Below, one piece after another: positions 21,958 through 31,662 of a stretch of 64,000 nt of DNA (position 1 is the stretch's first letter; each line of letters begins with the position of its first letter). Both the position numbers and the translations under genes were made by a program. The notes beneath the pieces were generated by a model. That model was not told the DNA's origin. It searched no databases and saw nothing but the letters and a program-made list of their open reading frames with translations. This DNA is from an uncultured Pseudomonadota bacterium. GTDB taxonomy: Bacteria; Pseudomonadota; Alphaproteobacteria; JACZXZ01. The stretch is taken from the NCBI GenBank assembly GCA_963749075.1, contig CAVVLJ010000023.1, positions 35,561 through 99,560 of the forward strand, written 5' to 3'.

Positions 21958-22773
21958 TCACCGCCGGCTGTTCATGCTGATGACGAGGAAGAGGGCGAGG
22001 CCCACGGTCGAGATCAGCGTCGAGGCCGCCATCACCGAGGGATCACTCTTGAGATAGAGGGAATCGAGCATGACCTTGGGCACCGTGCCCGCGTCGAGGC
22101 CGCCCAAGAAGATCGGCATCACCACGTCGTCGAAGGACGTCATGAAGGCGAGAACGGCGCCGGCCGCGACGCCCGGCATGAGGAGCGGCAGGACGACGTA
22201 GCGGAAGCTCTTGACCGGCGTTGCACCGAGCGTGCGCGCCGCGCGCTCGAGATCGCGGTCGCGCCGCCTGATGGTCGAGGTGACGGCGATGACCACGAAG
22301 GGCATGGCGATGACCGTCTGGGCGAGCGCCACGCCGAGGCGCGTGCCGACCAGTCCGAAGGGGGCGAAGACCGCATAGATCGACATGCCGAGCGACATGT
22401 AGGGCACGGCCAAGGGCGCGAGGAAGAGGATCAAGAGGGCGTCGCGCACGATCGGGTGGGGCACGCGGCTGATGGCATAGGCGCTGATCGTGCCGACCGT
22501 CGTCGCGATGAGTGCTGTGAGGGCGCCGATGACGAGGGTGTTGGCGACCGCCTCCGTCCAGTAGGAACCGCTCAGGACCTCGAGGTACCAGCGGAGCGAG
22601 AAGCCCACGGGCGGGAAGGCCATGAACTCGTCGGAGGTGAAGGAGACGCTCGCCGCCACGAGGAGCGGCAGCACGAGGAAGACGAAAACGAGCACGAGCC
22701 CCGCTCTTGCCGTCCAGCGGCCCAGCCGGCTGAGCGCCGCTTGCATGACAGCGCTCGGTCGGGCGGCGCTCAT
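21958..22773 (-). CDS. ABC transporter permease (PotC/polyamine-type)
   Basis: Six TM segments and the EAA-like loop ...RDLERAARTLGATPVKSFRYVVLPLLMPG. ATGA overlap with the upstream permease. Confidence 0.9.
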   Translation of the reverse strand: MSAARPSAVMQAALSRLGRWTARAGLVLVFVFLVLPLLVAASVSFTSDEFMAFPPVGFSLRWYLEVLSGSYWTEAVANTLVIGALTALIATTVGTISAYAISRVPHPIVRDALLILFLAPLAVPYMSLGMSIYAVFAPFGLVGTRLGVALAQTVIAMPFVVIAVTSTIRRRDRDLERAARTLGATPVKSFRYVVLPLLMPGVAAGAVLAFMTSFDDVVMPIFLGGLDAGTVPKVMLDSLYLKSDPSVMAASTLISTVGLALFLVISMNSRR

Positions 22774-23633
22774 TCGCGGCCGTAGACGTCGCTCAGGCCC
22801 GTCACCCGCACATAGACCGCGGCTCCGAGGATCGAGATCAAGACCACGATCGAGGAGAGCGCCGAGCCCAGGCCCCAGAGCCCGAGATTGAGTGCCAAGT
22901 CGCGGATCTCCATGACGATGGTCGTCTGTGCGGCGCCGCCGAGCACGGCCGGCACCACGTAGAAGCCGAGCGAATAGACGAAGATCAGCATGGTGCCCGC
23001 GATCAGCCCCGGGCGGGTGAGCGGCAGGAAGATCTCCCAGAAGGCGCGGAACGCGGAGGCGCCGAGCGTGCGCGCGGCGGGCACCAGATGCACGCCCACC
23101 CGCATCATCGAGCCGAGGAGGATGAGGGTGATGAAGGGCAACATGACATGGACCATGCCGACGATCACCCCCGTCTCGTTATAGACGAGCGGGATGGGTT
23201 GGCGCGAGACGCCGAGCCCCATGAGCGTCTCGTTGATGAGCCCATGGTCGCCCAGCACGACGAGCCACGAGAAGGTGCGCGGGACGGTGCCGACGGCGTA
23301 GGAGAAGAGCACCAGTCCGAGCATGAGCTGTCGGCTCCGTCCGCGCGCGCGGAAGATCGCATAAGCCGTAGGATAGCCGACGAGTAGGCAGCCGAGCGTG
23401 GCGCCCACCGCGGAGAAGATCGAATTCCACAGCACGCGCAGATAGAGCGAATCGCTGAAGATGGCGCGGTAGTTCTCCAGGCCTGTTTGCGGATCGGTGA
23501 GGCTGCTCCAGAACATGAGCGCGATGGGGGCGATGAAGAGGAAGCCCATCACCGCCATGCCCGGCGCCAGCCAGGCATAGCTCCTCACGTCGCGCAAGCT
23601 GGGCCAGAGACGCAATCCGGCGCTCCTCCGCAT
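22770..23633 (-). CDS. ABC transporter permease (PotB/polyamine-type)
   Basis: ...LVPAARTLGASAFRAFWEIFLPLTRPG. Start ATG at 23633 lies within ORF 22770..24809. Confidence 0.9.
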   Translation of the reverse strand: MRRSAGLRLWPSLRDVRSYAWLAPGMAVMGFLFIAPIALMFWSSLTDPQTGLENYRAIFSDSLYLRVLWNSIFSAVGATLGCLLVGYPTAYAIFRARGRSRQLMLGLVLFSYAVGTVPRTFSWLVVLGDHGLINETLMGLGVSRQPIPLVYNETGVIVGMVHVMLPFITLILLGSMMRVGVHLVPAARTLGASAFRAFWEIFLPLTRPGLIAGTMLIFVYSLGFYVVPAVLGGAAQTTIVMEIRDLALNLGLWGLGSALSSIVVLISILGAAVYVRVTGLSDVYGRE

Positions 23634-24730
23634 CACGGCGGGCGATCGACGACCACCGAGCGGTCCGGAAAGAGACCGATCGTGGCGGCCGTCCCGGGTT
23701 CCAGGATGGCGCCCGCCTCCTCGTTGCTCTGCGCCCTGAGGGTGATGCCGGCTTCGGCCGCGCGCAGCGCGTAAAGGGTGTGGGAGCCGTTGTAGAGCGC
23801 TTCCGTGATCTCGCAGACGACGGCGAGGCTGCCGCTCCCGGCGGCAGGCTTCATGGCGACGTTCTCGGGCCGGACGACGATGGTGACGGGCGTCCCGGCC
23901 GCGAGCTCGCCATGCGTCCTCACCCGATCGTGCGGGAGCCGCCAGTGGCCGAAGCTGGAGCTGACCGTGACGGTGCCGTCGTCCACGCGAACGACCTCGC
24001 CGTCGATCAGGTTGGCATCGCCGATGAAGCTCGCAATGTAGCGCGACGAGGGCAGGCGGTAGAGGCGGTCGGGCGAATCGACGTCGACGATGTTCCCGTT
24101 CCGCATGACCGCTACGCGGTCGGAGAGCGCCAGTGCCTCGGACTGGTCGTGGGTGACGTAGATGATGGTGACGCCGACGCGGCGGTGAAGCGCCTTGAGC
24201 TCGCCCTTCATGTAGTCGCGCAGGTTCTTGTCGAGTGCCGAGAGCGGCTCGTCGAGCAGCAGGAGCTTGGGGTCGAAGACCAGCGCGCGCGCGAGGGCCA
24301 CGCGCTGCTGCTGGCCGCCGCTGATCTGGCTGGGGCGGCGTGCGCTCAAGCCCTCGATGCCGGCGAGCTTCATGATGTCCGACACCTTGGCGGCGATCTC
24401 GGCCGTCGGCAGCCGCCGCATGCGCAAGGGGAAGGCGACGTTCTGCCACACGGTCATGTGCGGGAAGAGGGCGTAGTCCTGGAACACCATGCCGATGCCG
24501 CGAGCCTCCGGCGGCAGCCCGGTGGTGTCGCGGCCGTCGATGAGGACCTGCCCGGACTGGGGCTCTTCGAGGCCCGCGATGAGCCGCAAGACCGTGCTCT
24601 TGCCGCTGCCCGACGAGCCCAGCATCGAGAGGAACTCGCCAGCGCGAACCGCAAGGGAAATGCCCCGGACCGCGGGGACCTCGCCGAATTTCTTCGTCAG
24701 GCCGCTGATGACGACCGAAGCACCGGGCAT
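23633..24730 (-). CDS. ABC transporter ATP-binding protein (PotA-like)
   Basis: Walker A GSSGSGKST, signature ISGGQQQRVALARAL, Walker B LLLLDEPLSALD, and a C-terminal TOBE-like domain. Confidence 0.92.
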   Translation of the reverse strand: MPGASVVISGLTKKFGEVPAVRGISLAVRAGEFLSMLGSSGSGKSTVLRLIAGLEEPQSGQVLIDGRDTTGLPPEARGIGMVFQDYALFPHMTVWQNVAFPLRMRRLPTAEIAAKVSDIMKLAGIEGLSARRPSQISGGQQQRVALARALVFDPKLLLLDEPLSALDKNLRDYMKGELKALHRRVGVTIIYVTHDQSEALALSDRVAVMRNGNIVDVDSPDRLYRLPSSRYIASFIGDANLIDGEVVRVDDGTVTVSSSFGHWRLPHDRVRTHGELAAGTPVTIVVRPENVAMKPAAGSGSLAVVCEITEALYNGSHTLYALRAAEAGITLRAQSNEEAGAILEPGTAATIGLFPDRSVVVDRPP

Positions 24731-24876
24731 GCACGCACTCTCGACAGCGACAAGAGAGGAGCAACGCGGCCGACGGTGAGGTGCGCTGCGGCACGGACGC
24801 GCACAGCACCGCCGCCGATGCCTCTCACTCTACTATGAGCGACGCTCGGAACCAAACACCGCCCGCCGGTCGGGCC

Positions 24877-25980
24877 TTACTTCACCCGCCAGCCGTCGTA
24901 CTTCTGCTGCAGGCGGGCCTGGTTCTCGGCGTAGTAGTCGCGGTCGAGATGCACCATCTCGTTGATGTGGGTGATGGCGACCGAGTTCTTCTCCTGCTCG
25001 GTCATGCGCTTCGCCACGTCCGGCACCGCGGGGGAAGTCGGCCAGGTGCGGATGAACTTGAGCTCATCGTCCTCGTCGAAGAAGAGATTGAGGAACTGGT
25101 GCGCCTCGCGCACGTACTTCGAGTCCTTGGCGATGCCGACGGCCGGGCTGAAATAGAAGCCCTGGTTGTACACCACATTGACCGGCTTGCCCGCGAGGTG
25201 TGCCGCGATGAAGTCGGTCGACCAGGTGAGCACCATGCTGATCTCATTCTGGTACAGCATCTGGGCGACCTGATCGCTCGCCTGCGTGTTGTGGAAGACG
25301 CGGATGTTGGGGCGCAGGCGGTCGAGCATCTTGAAGGCGCGGTCCTCGTCGAGCGGATAGAGCTTGTCGGGTGCCACGCCGTCGGCCATGAGGGCCGCCT
25401 CGAGCACGCCGCCGACCCAGGTGCCGAGCGAGCGCGGGCCGGGGAAGTTCGCCACGTCCCAGAAGTCGCGCCAGGAATTGGGCGGCTTGCTCTTGTAGGC
25501 GTCGGTGCGGTAGCCGATCTGGTAGACGGTGATGTAGGGCGATACGGCATAGGGCGACTTGGTGCCCGGCAGCGCCGCCTTGGCGTTGGGCAGCCAGTCG
25601 TAATTCAGTTTCTCGACCAGACCCTCCTTGCCCGCGCGCAACGGCTCCACCTCGTCGTCGAACCAGATCAGGTCGTAATGCTCGGGGTTGCCGTGCGTCA
25701 TCGCGGTCTGGAATTTGCCGTAGCTGAAGGGCGTCACGTCCTTGATCTCGATGCCCGTGGCCGCCTTGAAGGGGTCCTCGAAGCCGGCGCGGATGCCCTT
25801 GCCGAAGCCGCCGCCCCAGGTGAGGAAGATGAGCGGGCCCTTGTCCGAGGCGGCGCGTGCCGCCCGCCAGGACGAGAGAATGCTCGGCAGCAGGAGTGCC
25901 GTGCCGCCCGCCGCCGTCGCGCGAAGCAGCCCGCGCCGCGAGATTGCGGTGCCCGTGGGCTCGTCTTTTTTTGTCGTCAT
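24877..25980 (-). CDS. ABC transporter periplasmic substrate-binding protein (PotD/PotF-type), Tat-like signal
   Basis: MTTKKDEPTGTAISRRGLLRATAAGGTALLLPSILS... followed by LIFLTWGGGFGK. ATG at 25980. Confidence 0.85.
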   Translation of the reverse strand: MTTKKDEPTGTAISRRGLLRATAAGGTALLLPSILSSWRAARAASDKGPLIFLTWGGGFGKGIRAGFEDPFKAATGIEIKDVTPFSYGKFQTAMTHGNPEHYDLIWFDDEVEPLRAGKEGLVEKLNYDWLPNAKAALPGTKSPYAVSPYITVYQIGYRTDAYKSKPPNSWRDFWDVANFPGPRSLGTWVGGVLEAALMADGVAPDKLYPLDEDRAFKMLDRLRPNIRVFHNTQASDQVAQMLYQNEISMVLTWSTDFIAAHLAGKPVNVVYNQGFYFSPAVGIAKDSKYVREAHQFLNLFFDEDDELKFIRTWPTSPAVPDVAKRMTEQEKNSVAITHINEMVHLDRDYYAENQARLQQKYDGWRVK

Positions 25981-26141
25981 GGATGCTCCCTGTTCTGCGT
26001 GCTCGGCGGGCCCTCTCCCATCGCTCGGGCGAATGCCGGCGCGGGTGCGAGAGCCCGGCTCGAGAGCTCGATGTGCGCCGCGCGCGTGCCGCATGGCCGC
26101 CACGGGCATTACAGCTCGTATCCAACGGGGGCTACATGTGT

Positions 26142-26167
26142 AAATCGAAATATTTTGATTTCGAAAT
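26142..26167. promoter_or_regulatory. AT-rich palindromic/direct-repeat element (candidate operator) upstream of the polyamine-type ABC operon
   Basis: TCGAAAT-ATTTTG-ATTTCGA inverted repeat (26145-26164), with TCGAAAT repeated again at 26161-26167. It is one of the most AT-rich spots I noticed outside the 34.8-37.7 kb islet. Confidence 0.3.
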
Positions 26168-26219
26168 TCAAGTTTCTTGATTCGGCCCTCGTTGGCGCGG
26201 GCTTCTCGGGCCGTGCCGG

Positions 26220-27116
26220 CTAGCCGCCCGAGGCCGCGGGATCGAGCAGGTCGCTGAGCCCGTCGCCGAGCATGTTGAAGCCGAGCACCGCGAGAAAGAT
26301 CATGGCCGCCGGCGCGAGCACGAACCAGGGTGCGGTCTCGAGGTACTGGAAACCCACCTGCACCATCGAGCCCCAGGTCGCGGTCGGCGGCTGCGCGCCG
26401 AGACCGATGAAGCTCACGCTCGATTCCGTGATGACGGCGAAGCCGACGCCCAAGGTGGCCTGCACGATGACCGGGTTGATGGCGTTGGGCAGCATGTGGC
26501 GGAAGAGCACGCGCCAGGGCGGCACGCCGACCGCGTGTGCCGCGAGGATATAGTCGCTGTGCTTGAGGGAGAGGACCTGCCCGCGCACGAGGCGCGTGAA
26601 GGTCGGCACCGAGACGACCGCGATGGCGATCATGGCATTGAGCAGCCCCGGCCCGAGCACGGCCGCGATGGTGAGCGCCAGCACGAGCGGCGGCAGCGCC
26701 ATGAGGCTGTCGAGGAGGCGCATCATGGCCTCGTCGATCGCCCCGCCCGCGTAGCCCGAGACCAGTCCGAGCGGCACGCCGATCGAGACCGCGATGAGCA
26801 CCGCGGCCACGCTGACGGCGAGCGAGAGGCGAGCCGCGTAGATGACGCGCGTCGCGATGTCACGGCCGAGATCGTCGGTGCCGAGGGGGTGCGCCTCGCT
26901 CGGCGCCTCCAGCATCGCGCGGTAATCGATCTCGTCGGGCCCGTAGCGCGCGAGCTCGGGCGCCAGGATCGCGGCGCCCACCTCGAGGATCACCAGCACG
27001 ATGCCGGCCGCGGCGAGCCGGTTGGCGAAGAGCCTGCGCCACGCCGCGGCGAAGCCGCCGCGCCGCCTGAGCCGCCATGCGCGCGTTGTTGCCTTGGCGG
27101 CGAGCTGGCGCTCCAT
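26220..27116 (-). CDS. ABC transporter permease (DppC/OppC-type)
   Basis: ...HPLGTDDLGRDIATRVIYAARLSL... and the BPD_transp_1 core. 298 aa. Confidence 0.9.
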   Translation of the reverse strand: MERQLAAKATTRAWRLRRRGGFAAAWRRLFANRLAAAGIVLVILEVGAAILAPELARYGPDEIDYRAMLEAPSEAHPLGTDDLGRDIATRVIYAARLSLAVSVAAVLIAVSIGVPLGLVSGYAGGAIDEAMMRLLDSLMALPPLVLALTIAAVLGPGLLNAMIAIAVVSVPTFTRLVRGQVLSLKHSDYILAAHAVGVPPWRVLFRHMLPNAINPVIVQATLGVGFAVITESSVSFIGLGAQPPTATWGSMVQVGFQYLETAPWFVLAPAAMIFLAVLGFNMLGDGLSDLLDPAASGG

Positions 27117-27125
27117 CGCCGGCCC

Positions 27126-28079
27126 TCAGGCCTGGCGCGTGCGCGGGTCGAGCAGGCCGTAGCTCACGTCGACCGCGAGGTTGGCCAGCACGACGACGAA
27201 CGTGATGAGCAGTACCACCGCCTGGACCACGGGATAATCGCGGCTCAGGATGCCGTCGACGAGGAGGCGGCCCAAGCCCGGCACGCCGAAGATCGTCTCG
27301 GTCACCACGGCGCCGCTGAAGAGCGTGCCGAGCTGGATACCGAGGACGGTCACCACCGGCAGCATGGCGTTCCTGAAAGCGTGGCGCAGGATGACCCGGC
27401 CTTCCCGAAGGCCCTTGGCGCGCGCGGTCTTGATGTAGGCGTGCCCGAGCACGTCGGCGAAGCTCGAGCGGCTCTGCCGCATGGCGATGGCGCCGACGCC
27501 CAGGCTCAAGGTCACCGCCGGCATGAGCGAGGTCCTGAAGCTTTCCCACGGGTCGGCGAAGAGGGAGACGTAGCCCGAGGGCGGCAGCCAGTGCCACTTG
27601 AGCGCCACGAAGTAGATGAGAACGCCGCCCACGAGGAAGTAGGGCATGGCGGCGCCCGCCAAGGCCGCGACCGTGCCGAGCCAGTCCTTCCAGGAGTTGG
27701 GGCTCGCCGCGGCGAGGACGCCGAGCGGGATGCCTATGAGGAGGGCCAAGAGCCAGGCGCTGAGGCCGATCTGCACCGTCGGCAGGATGCGCGGCTCCAT
27801 GAGATGCCAGACGCGCTCGCGGCTCTGGATGGAGCGCCCGAAGTCGCCGGAGAGCAGCTTCGCCATCCAGCCGGCGTATTGCGCGTAGAGCGGCCGGTCG
27901 AGGCCGCTCTCGGCGCGCAGATCCGCGACGGTCTCGGCGCTGACCTCGCCCTGCGCCTGCCCCAGCATCAGCATGACCGGGTCGCCGGGGAGGAGGCGCA
28001 TGAGAAAGAAGACGATGATCGAGGTCAGGAAGATGACCGGGATGGTGGCGAGAAGACGCCTGAGGATATATGCCGCCAT
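27126..28079 (-). CDS. ABC transporter permease (DppB/OppB-type)
   Basis: MAAYILRRLLATIPVIFLTSIIVFFLMRLLPGDPV... is the canonical DppB N-terminus. Confidence 0.9.
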   Translation of the reverse strand: MAAYILRRLLATIPVIFLTSIIVFFLMRLLPGDPVMLMLGQAQGEVSAETVADLRAESGLDRPLYAQYAGWMAKLLSGDFGRSIQSRERVWHLMEPRILPTVQIGLSAWLLALLIGIPLGVLAAASPNSWKDWLGTVAALAGAAMPYFLVGGVLIYFVALKWHWLPPSGYVSLFADPWESFRTSLMPAVTLSLGVGAIAMRQSRSSFADVLGHAYIKTARAKGLREGRVILRHAFRNAMLPVVTVLGIQLGTLFSGAVVTETIFGVPGLGRLLVDGILSRDYPVVQAVVLLITFVVVLANLAVDVSYGLLDPRTRQA

Positions 28080-28097
28080 GCCGTCTCGCTCTCGCCT

Positions 28098-28427
28098 TCA
28101 GGGCACCTCGAGAAGCTCGAAGATGTCGGTATCGGTGCGCGAGAAAAGGAGGACGAGTCCCGCCGGGGTCTTCTCGTAGACGCGCGTCTCGGCGCCCTCG
28201 TAGACGAGCGGCGGGCGCTCCGGGCTGAGGCGGAAGTTCTCCATGTCCTCGCGCGTCTCCCAGGCCGTGATGCTGTAGCCCTTGAGCGGGTCCTTGCTCG
28301 AGAAGAGGATGTCGCGCGCGACGAAGCCCTTGGCCTTCCTCGCGAGCTCGGTGTTCTTCTTGAGGAGCGCCAAGGCCTGCTGCTTATTCTCTTCCGCAAC
28401 GATATGCAAGGTGATCATCGTCACCAT
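28098..28427 (-). CDS. ABM-domain (antibiotic-biosynthesis-monooxygenase-like) protein
   Basis: MVTMITLHIVAEENKQQALALLKKNTELARKAKGFVARDILFSSKDPLKGYSITAWETREDMENF. Ferredoxin-like ABM pattern, 109 aa. Confidence 0.7.
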   Translation of the reverse strand: MVTMITLHIVAEENKQQALALLKKNTELARKAKGFVARDILFSSKDPLKGYSITAWETREDMENFRLSPERPPLVYEGAETRVYEKTPAGLVLLFSRTDTDIFELLEVP

Positions 28428-28447
28428 GGCCGGCACCTCTGGCTCCG

Positions 28448-29482
28448 TTATGCGTCGACGCCGGCGAGCTCGCAGGCGCGGGGGAACACCTCCTCGGCGA
28501 AGCTCCTGACGACCGAGGCGGCGCTCTGCCCGGCGATGCAGTGCGGTCGGATCGTGACTTGCGTGATCTTGGGGCCGAGCGCCCGCGCGAGCTGCCCTGC
28601 TACGCGCTCGGGATTGCCGGCGAGCACCATGGACTCGACGATTTCGCCGGGGAGGAGTGCCGCCGCCTCGCGCGCGAGCGTAGGATCGCGCCGCGCCGCG
28701 ATCTCGACGAAGGCCTCGGGCAGCTCGAGGCCGAGCGCCTCGAGGTAGTCCCAGTGGGGATATTGCGTCATCACCCGCTGAGCCGCGCGCAGCCGCATCA
28801 CCGCGTAGGCCGCGTCGTCGTCCTCGGCGATCGCGGCCTCGACCCGGAGGCCGATGTCGAGCGAACCGGGGTCGCGGCCCGCCTTCGCCATGCCCTCCTC
28901 GAGCTGGCTCACGTAGAACGCGAAGGCCTCGGGGACGAGCGTGTTGGCGATGAGCACGCCGTCGGCGATCTCGCCGGCCAAGCGGGCGATCTGGGCGCCA
29001 TGGGTCGCGAAATAGATGGGGATGCGCGCGCGCAACGGCTTGAAGGAAAGACTTCCGCCCGCCAGCGAGACGACTTTGCCCTCCCGCGTGACGCGCTCGC
29101 CGCGCAAGAGATCGCGCACCATCTGGACGGCCTCGCGCATCGCGGCTACCGGCAGCTTGCGCTCGATGCCGAGCTCGCGGAAGCCGGCGCCGCCGATCCC
29201 CAGGCCCAAGAGCGCGCGTCCGCCCGCAAGCTCGTCGAAGGTGGCGATGGTGCTCGCCGTGACCGCGGGATGGCGCGAGTAGGGGTCGGTGACGCCGGGC
29301 CCGAGGAGGAGCGTGCTCGTCCGTGCCGCGACCGCCGCGAGCCCGAGGTAGCACTCGCGCGCCAAGCGCACGTCGGCGTACCACAAATAGCGGTAGCCGA
29401 TGGCCTCGCTGAGCCGGCCGAGCTCGACGAGCTCGGAGGTGGCGTAGTCCGCATTGAGGAGCACGCCGAGAGCCGGAGGCAT
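28448..29482 (-). CDS. LLM-class oxidoreductase, methylene-H4MPT-reductase (Mer)-like, possibly F420-dependent
   Basis: GYRYLWYADVRLARECY...LLLGPGVTDPYSRHPAVTASTIATFDELAGGRALLGLGIGG. 344 aa. Confidence 0.85.
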   Translation of the reverse strand: MPPALGVLLNADYATSELVELGRLSEAIGYRYLWYADVRLARECYLGLAAVAARTSTLLLGPGVTDPYSRHPAVTASTIATFDELAGGRALLGLGIGGAGFRELGIERKLPVAAMREAVQMVRDLLRGERVTREGKVVSLAGGSLSFKPLRARIPIYFATHGAQIARLAGEIADGVLIANTLVPEAFAFYVSQLEEGMAKAGRDPGSLDIGLRVEAAIAEDDDAAYAVMRLRAAQRVMTQYPHWDYLEALGLELPEAFVEIAARRDPTLAREAAALLPGEIVESMVLAGNPERVAGQLARALGPKITQVTIRPHCIAGQSAASVVRSFAEEVFPRACELAGVDA

Positions 29483-29509
29483 GTGGCGCTCTCCCGACCG
29501 GCCGGCGCC

Positions 29510-29710
29510 CTAACCCGCCTTCAGCGCCTCCCTCGTCTCGGGTGCACCTCCGATGACCCAGTTCTCCTTGGCGATGTTCTCGAAGATGACGTGGACGCCG
29601 TCGCGCTTGGAGCCGCCGATGCGGACCAGCGCATCGGTGATGATCTCGGCGATCCGGCGCTTCTTCTCGACCGAACGGCCCTCGTAAAAGGCGACACGAA
29701 CGACCGGCAT
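29510..29710 (-). CDS. 4-oxalocrotonate-tautomerase-family protein
   Basis: MPVVRVAFYEGRSVEKKRRIAEIITDALVRIGG. Pro1 after Met and 66 aa are typical of the family. Confidence 0.75.
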   Translation of the reverse strand: MPVVRVAFYEGRSVEKKRRIAEIITDALVRIGGSKRDGVHVIFENIAKENWVIGGAPETREALKAG

Positions 29711-29727
29711 GTCTCTCTCCTCCTCGC

Positions 29728-31260
29728 TTAAGCCCCCAGCTCGAGATCCTGGAAGGCGATGATGCCATCCTGCGCGTGGACGAAGCCCTTCACTTTCGGG
29801 CTGAGCCCCTTGAAGTCCGAGCTGTAGTGCCAGGGCACATAGACCGCGTCGTCGTTCATGAGCTCGGAGATCTTGCGGAAGACGCCGCGGCGGTCCGCCT
29901 CGCTCTTCGCCTCGCGCTCGCCCACGATGAGCGCGTCCATCGCCGGATCGTCGTAGGCGTTGTACTTGGCGTAGGAGCCGGCGGATTGCAGCAGGATGGC
30001 GAGATATTGGTCCGGGTCCGGGCGATAGCCCCACCAGCCCTGCAGATCGACGGGCAGCGTGCCGGCGGCGAGCGTCGCGGTGTAGGCGGCCGAATCGATC
30101 TGATCGATCGCGATGGTGACGCCGAGCTCGGCGGCACTCGCCTGGAAGAGCTGCGCCGCGCGCTGCTTCACCGGATCGGGCTGGAGGGGCGCATGGATGG
30201 TGACGGGACCCAGTCCCGCTTCGCCGATCAGGCGCTTTGCCTTCTCCATGTCGTGCGTGAACGGCTTGTAACTGGCATCGTGGAAAGGACTCCCGGGGAG
30301 GATGCCGTCGTAGCCGATGGCGCCGGTGCCGAAGTAGGCGACCTGGTGGAGCGCTTCGCGATCGATCGCCCACTGGAAGGCCTGGCGGAACTTCTTGTTC
30401 CGCCCGGGATAGGCCGCGTGAAGGTTGAAGCCGAAATATTCCCAGCGGAAGCCGACCTTCTCGGAAACCACGATCTCTTTCGATTCGCGCAAGCGCCGGA
30501 TGTCCTGGAGCGGCAGCGCCTCGGCGATCTGCACGCCGTCCGAGCGCAGGGTGGCGAGGCGCGTGCTGTCCGTGGGAATGGAGCGCAGCACCACGCGCTC
30601 GAGGAGCGGCTTGCCGGCCACCCAGTAGTCCGGGTTCTTCTCGAGGACCGTCTGGTTGTCGCGGGAATAATCGGCGAGCTTGAAGGGCCCGGTTCCCACC
30701 GGATGCAGGCCGTAATCCAGGCCCCACTTCTGCAATGCGGCGGGCGAGGCGATGCAGCCGGAGACGTCGGTGAAGGGAAAGAGGAACGCCGCAAAGGGAT
30801 ATTTGAGCGTCATCTTCACGGTCAGCGCATCGAGCGCCTCGATGCGGTCGAGCGTCCTGATCTCGCCGCCGCGGATGGAGCCCACCTTGGGATCGCGGAT
30901 GCGCTCGATGTTGTAGCGCACCGCCTCGGCGTCGAAGGGCGTGCCGTCCTGGAAGCGCACCCCTTGGCGCAGCTTGAGGAGGAAGGTCTTGTCGTCGGGC
31001 TGCTGCCACGATTCCACGAGCCCCGGCGCCAATCGCCCCTGCCGGTCGACGGTGAAGAGCGCGTCATGCACCGCCCGCGTCGCGGCACGTCCCTGGATAT
31101 TGCCGGTGCGGTGCGGATCGAGCGTGAGCGGGTCGGCGAAGATCGCGACCGATATCGTGCCGCCCGGCTTGACGATGGCGGCGGCACTCCGCCGTAAGGG
31201 CAGCAGGCCGCCCAACGCGCCCGCGGCCGCAAGGCCCATGAGCTTGCGTCTTGTCACCAT
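29728..31260 (-). CDS. ABC transporter substrate-binding protein, family 5 (peptide/nickel/opine type)
   Basis: Signal MVTRRKLMGLAAAGALGG..., then ...LDPHRTGNIQGRAATRAVHDALF...LVESWQQPDDKTFLLKLRQGVRFQDGTPFDAEAV. Confidence 0.9.
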   Translation of the reverse strand: MVTRRKLMGLAAAGALGGLLPLRRSAAAIVKPGGTISVAIFADPLTLDPHRTGNIQGRAATRAVHDALFTVDRQGRLAPGLVESWQQPDDKTFLLKLRQGVRFQDGTPFDAEAVRYNIERIRDPKVGSIRGGEIRTLDRIEALDALTVKMTLKYPFAAFLFPFTDVSGCIASPAALQKWGLDYGLHPVGTGPFKLADYSRDNQTVLEKNPDYWVAGKPLLERVVLRSIPTDSTRLATLRSDGVQIAEALPLQDIRRLRESKEIVVSEKVGFRWEYFGFNLHAAYPGRNKKFRQAFQWAIDREALHQVAYFGTGAIGYDGILPGSPFHDASYKPFTHDMEKAKRLIGEAGLGPVTIHAPLQPDPVKQRAAQLFQASAAELGVTIAIDQIDSAAYTATLAAGTLPVDLQGWWGYRPDPDQYLAILLQSAGSYAKYNAYDDPAMDALIVGEREAKSEADRRGVFRKISELMNDDAVYVPWHYSSDFKGLSPKVKGFVHAQDGIIAFQDLELGA

Positions 31261-31662
31261 GACTGCATCCTCTCCTGTCCGATTTTATCGTTGCCTGATT
31301 TCGTGCCGCCGCGCGTTTGCCCGCGCGTGAGGCCGAGCGGAACTGCTAGTCCCCCGCCGCAGCGCGTTCAACGAAAGATTTGGCGACGGGCCTTGCCCTA
31401 GCGCTGCTATCGCGAAGAAAGCGGCGGCGTCGCTCGCGGGCGCTGTGCGCGCGCCTCGGAAAAATCCAATGACGGGATCGATTTGCGCTCAGAGGCCACG
31501 GCCATCCATCACAGCGGAGTGCTGTCGATGGACACCCGGCTGACCCCTACGTTACATTGTGGCAATGCGTCCCCGGCGAAATCCCTCGAGCAGGCACCGC
31601 ACCCGGCCTCCTTGCCGGCCCTCGCCGTCCTCGCTCGGGGTGCCTCGGCGCGAGCCTCGGTC

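Noticed and set aside
31483-31662. Upstream in-frame extension of the DppD-like ATPase (ORF starting at 31483, or the MDTRL... start).
   Set aside because: The extension has no similarity to ABC ATPase N-termini and is proline- and alanine-rich. The ATG at 31663 gives the usual ~20 residues before the LEVDDLS strand.
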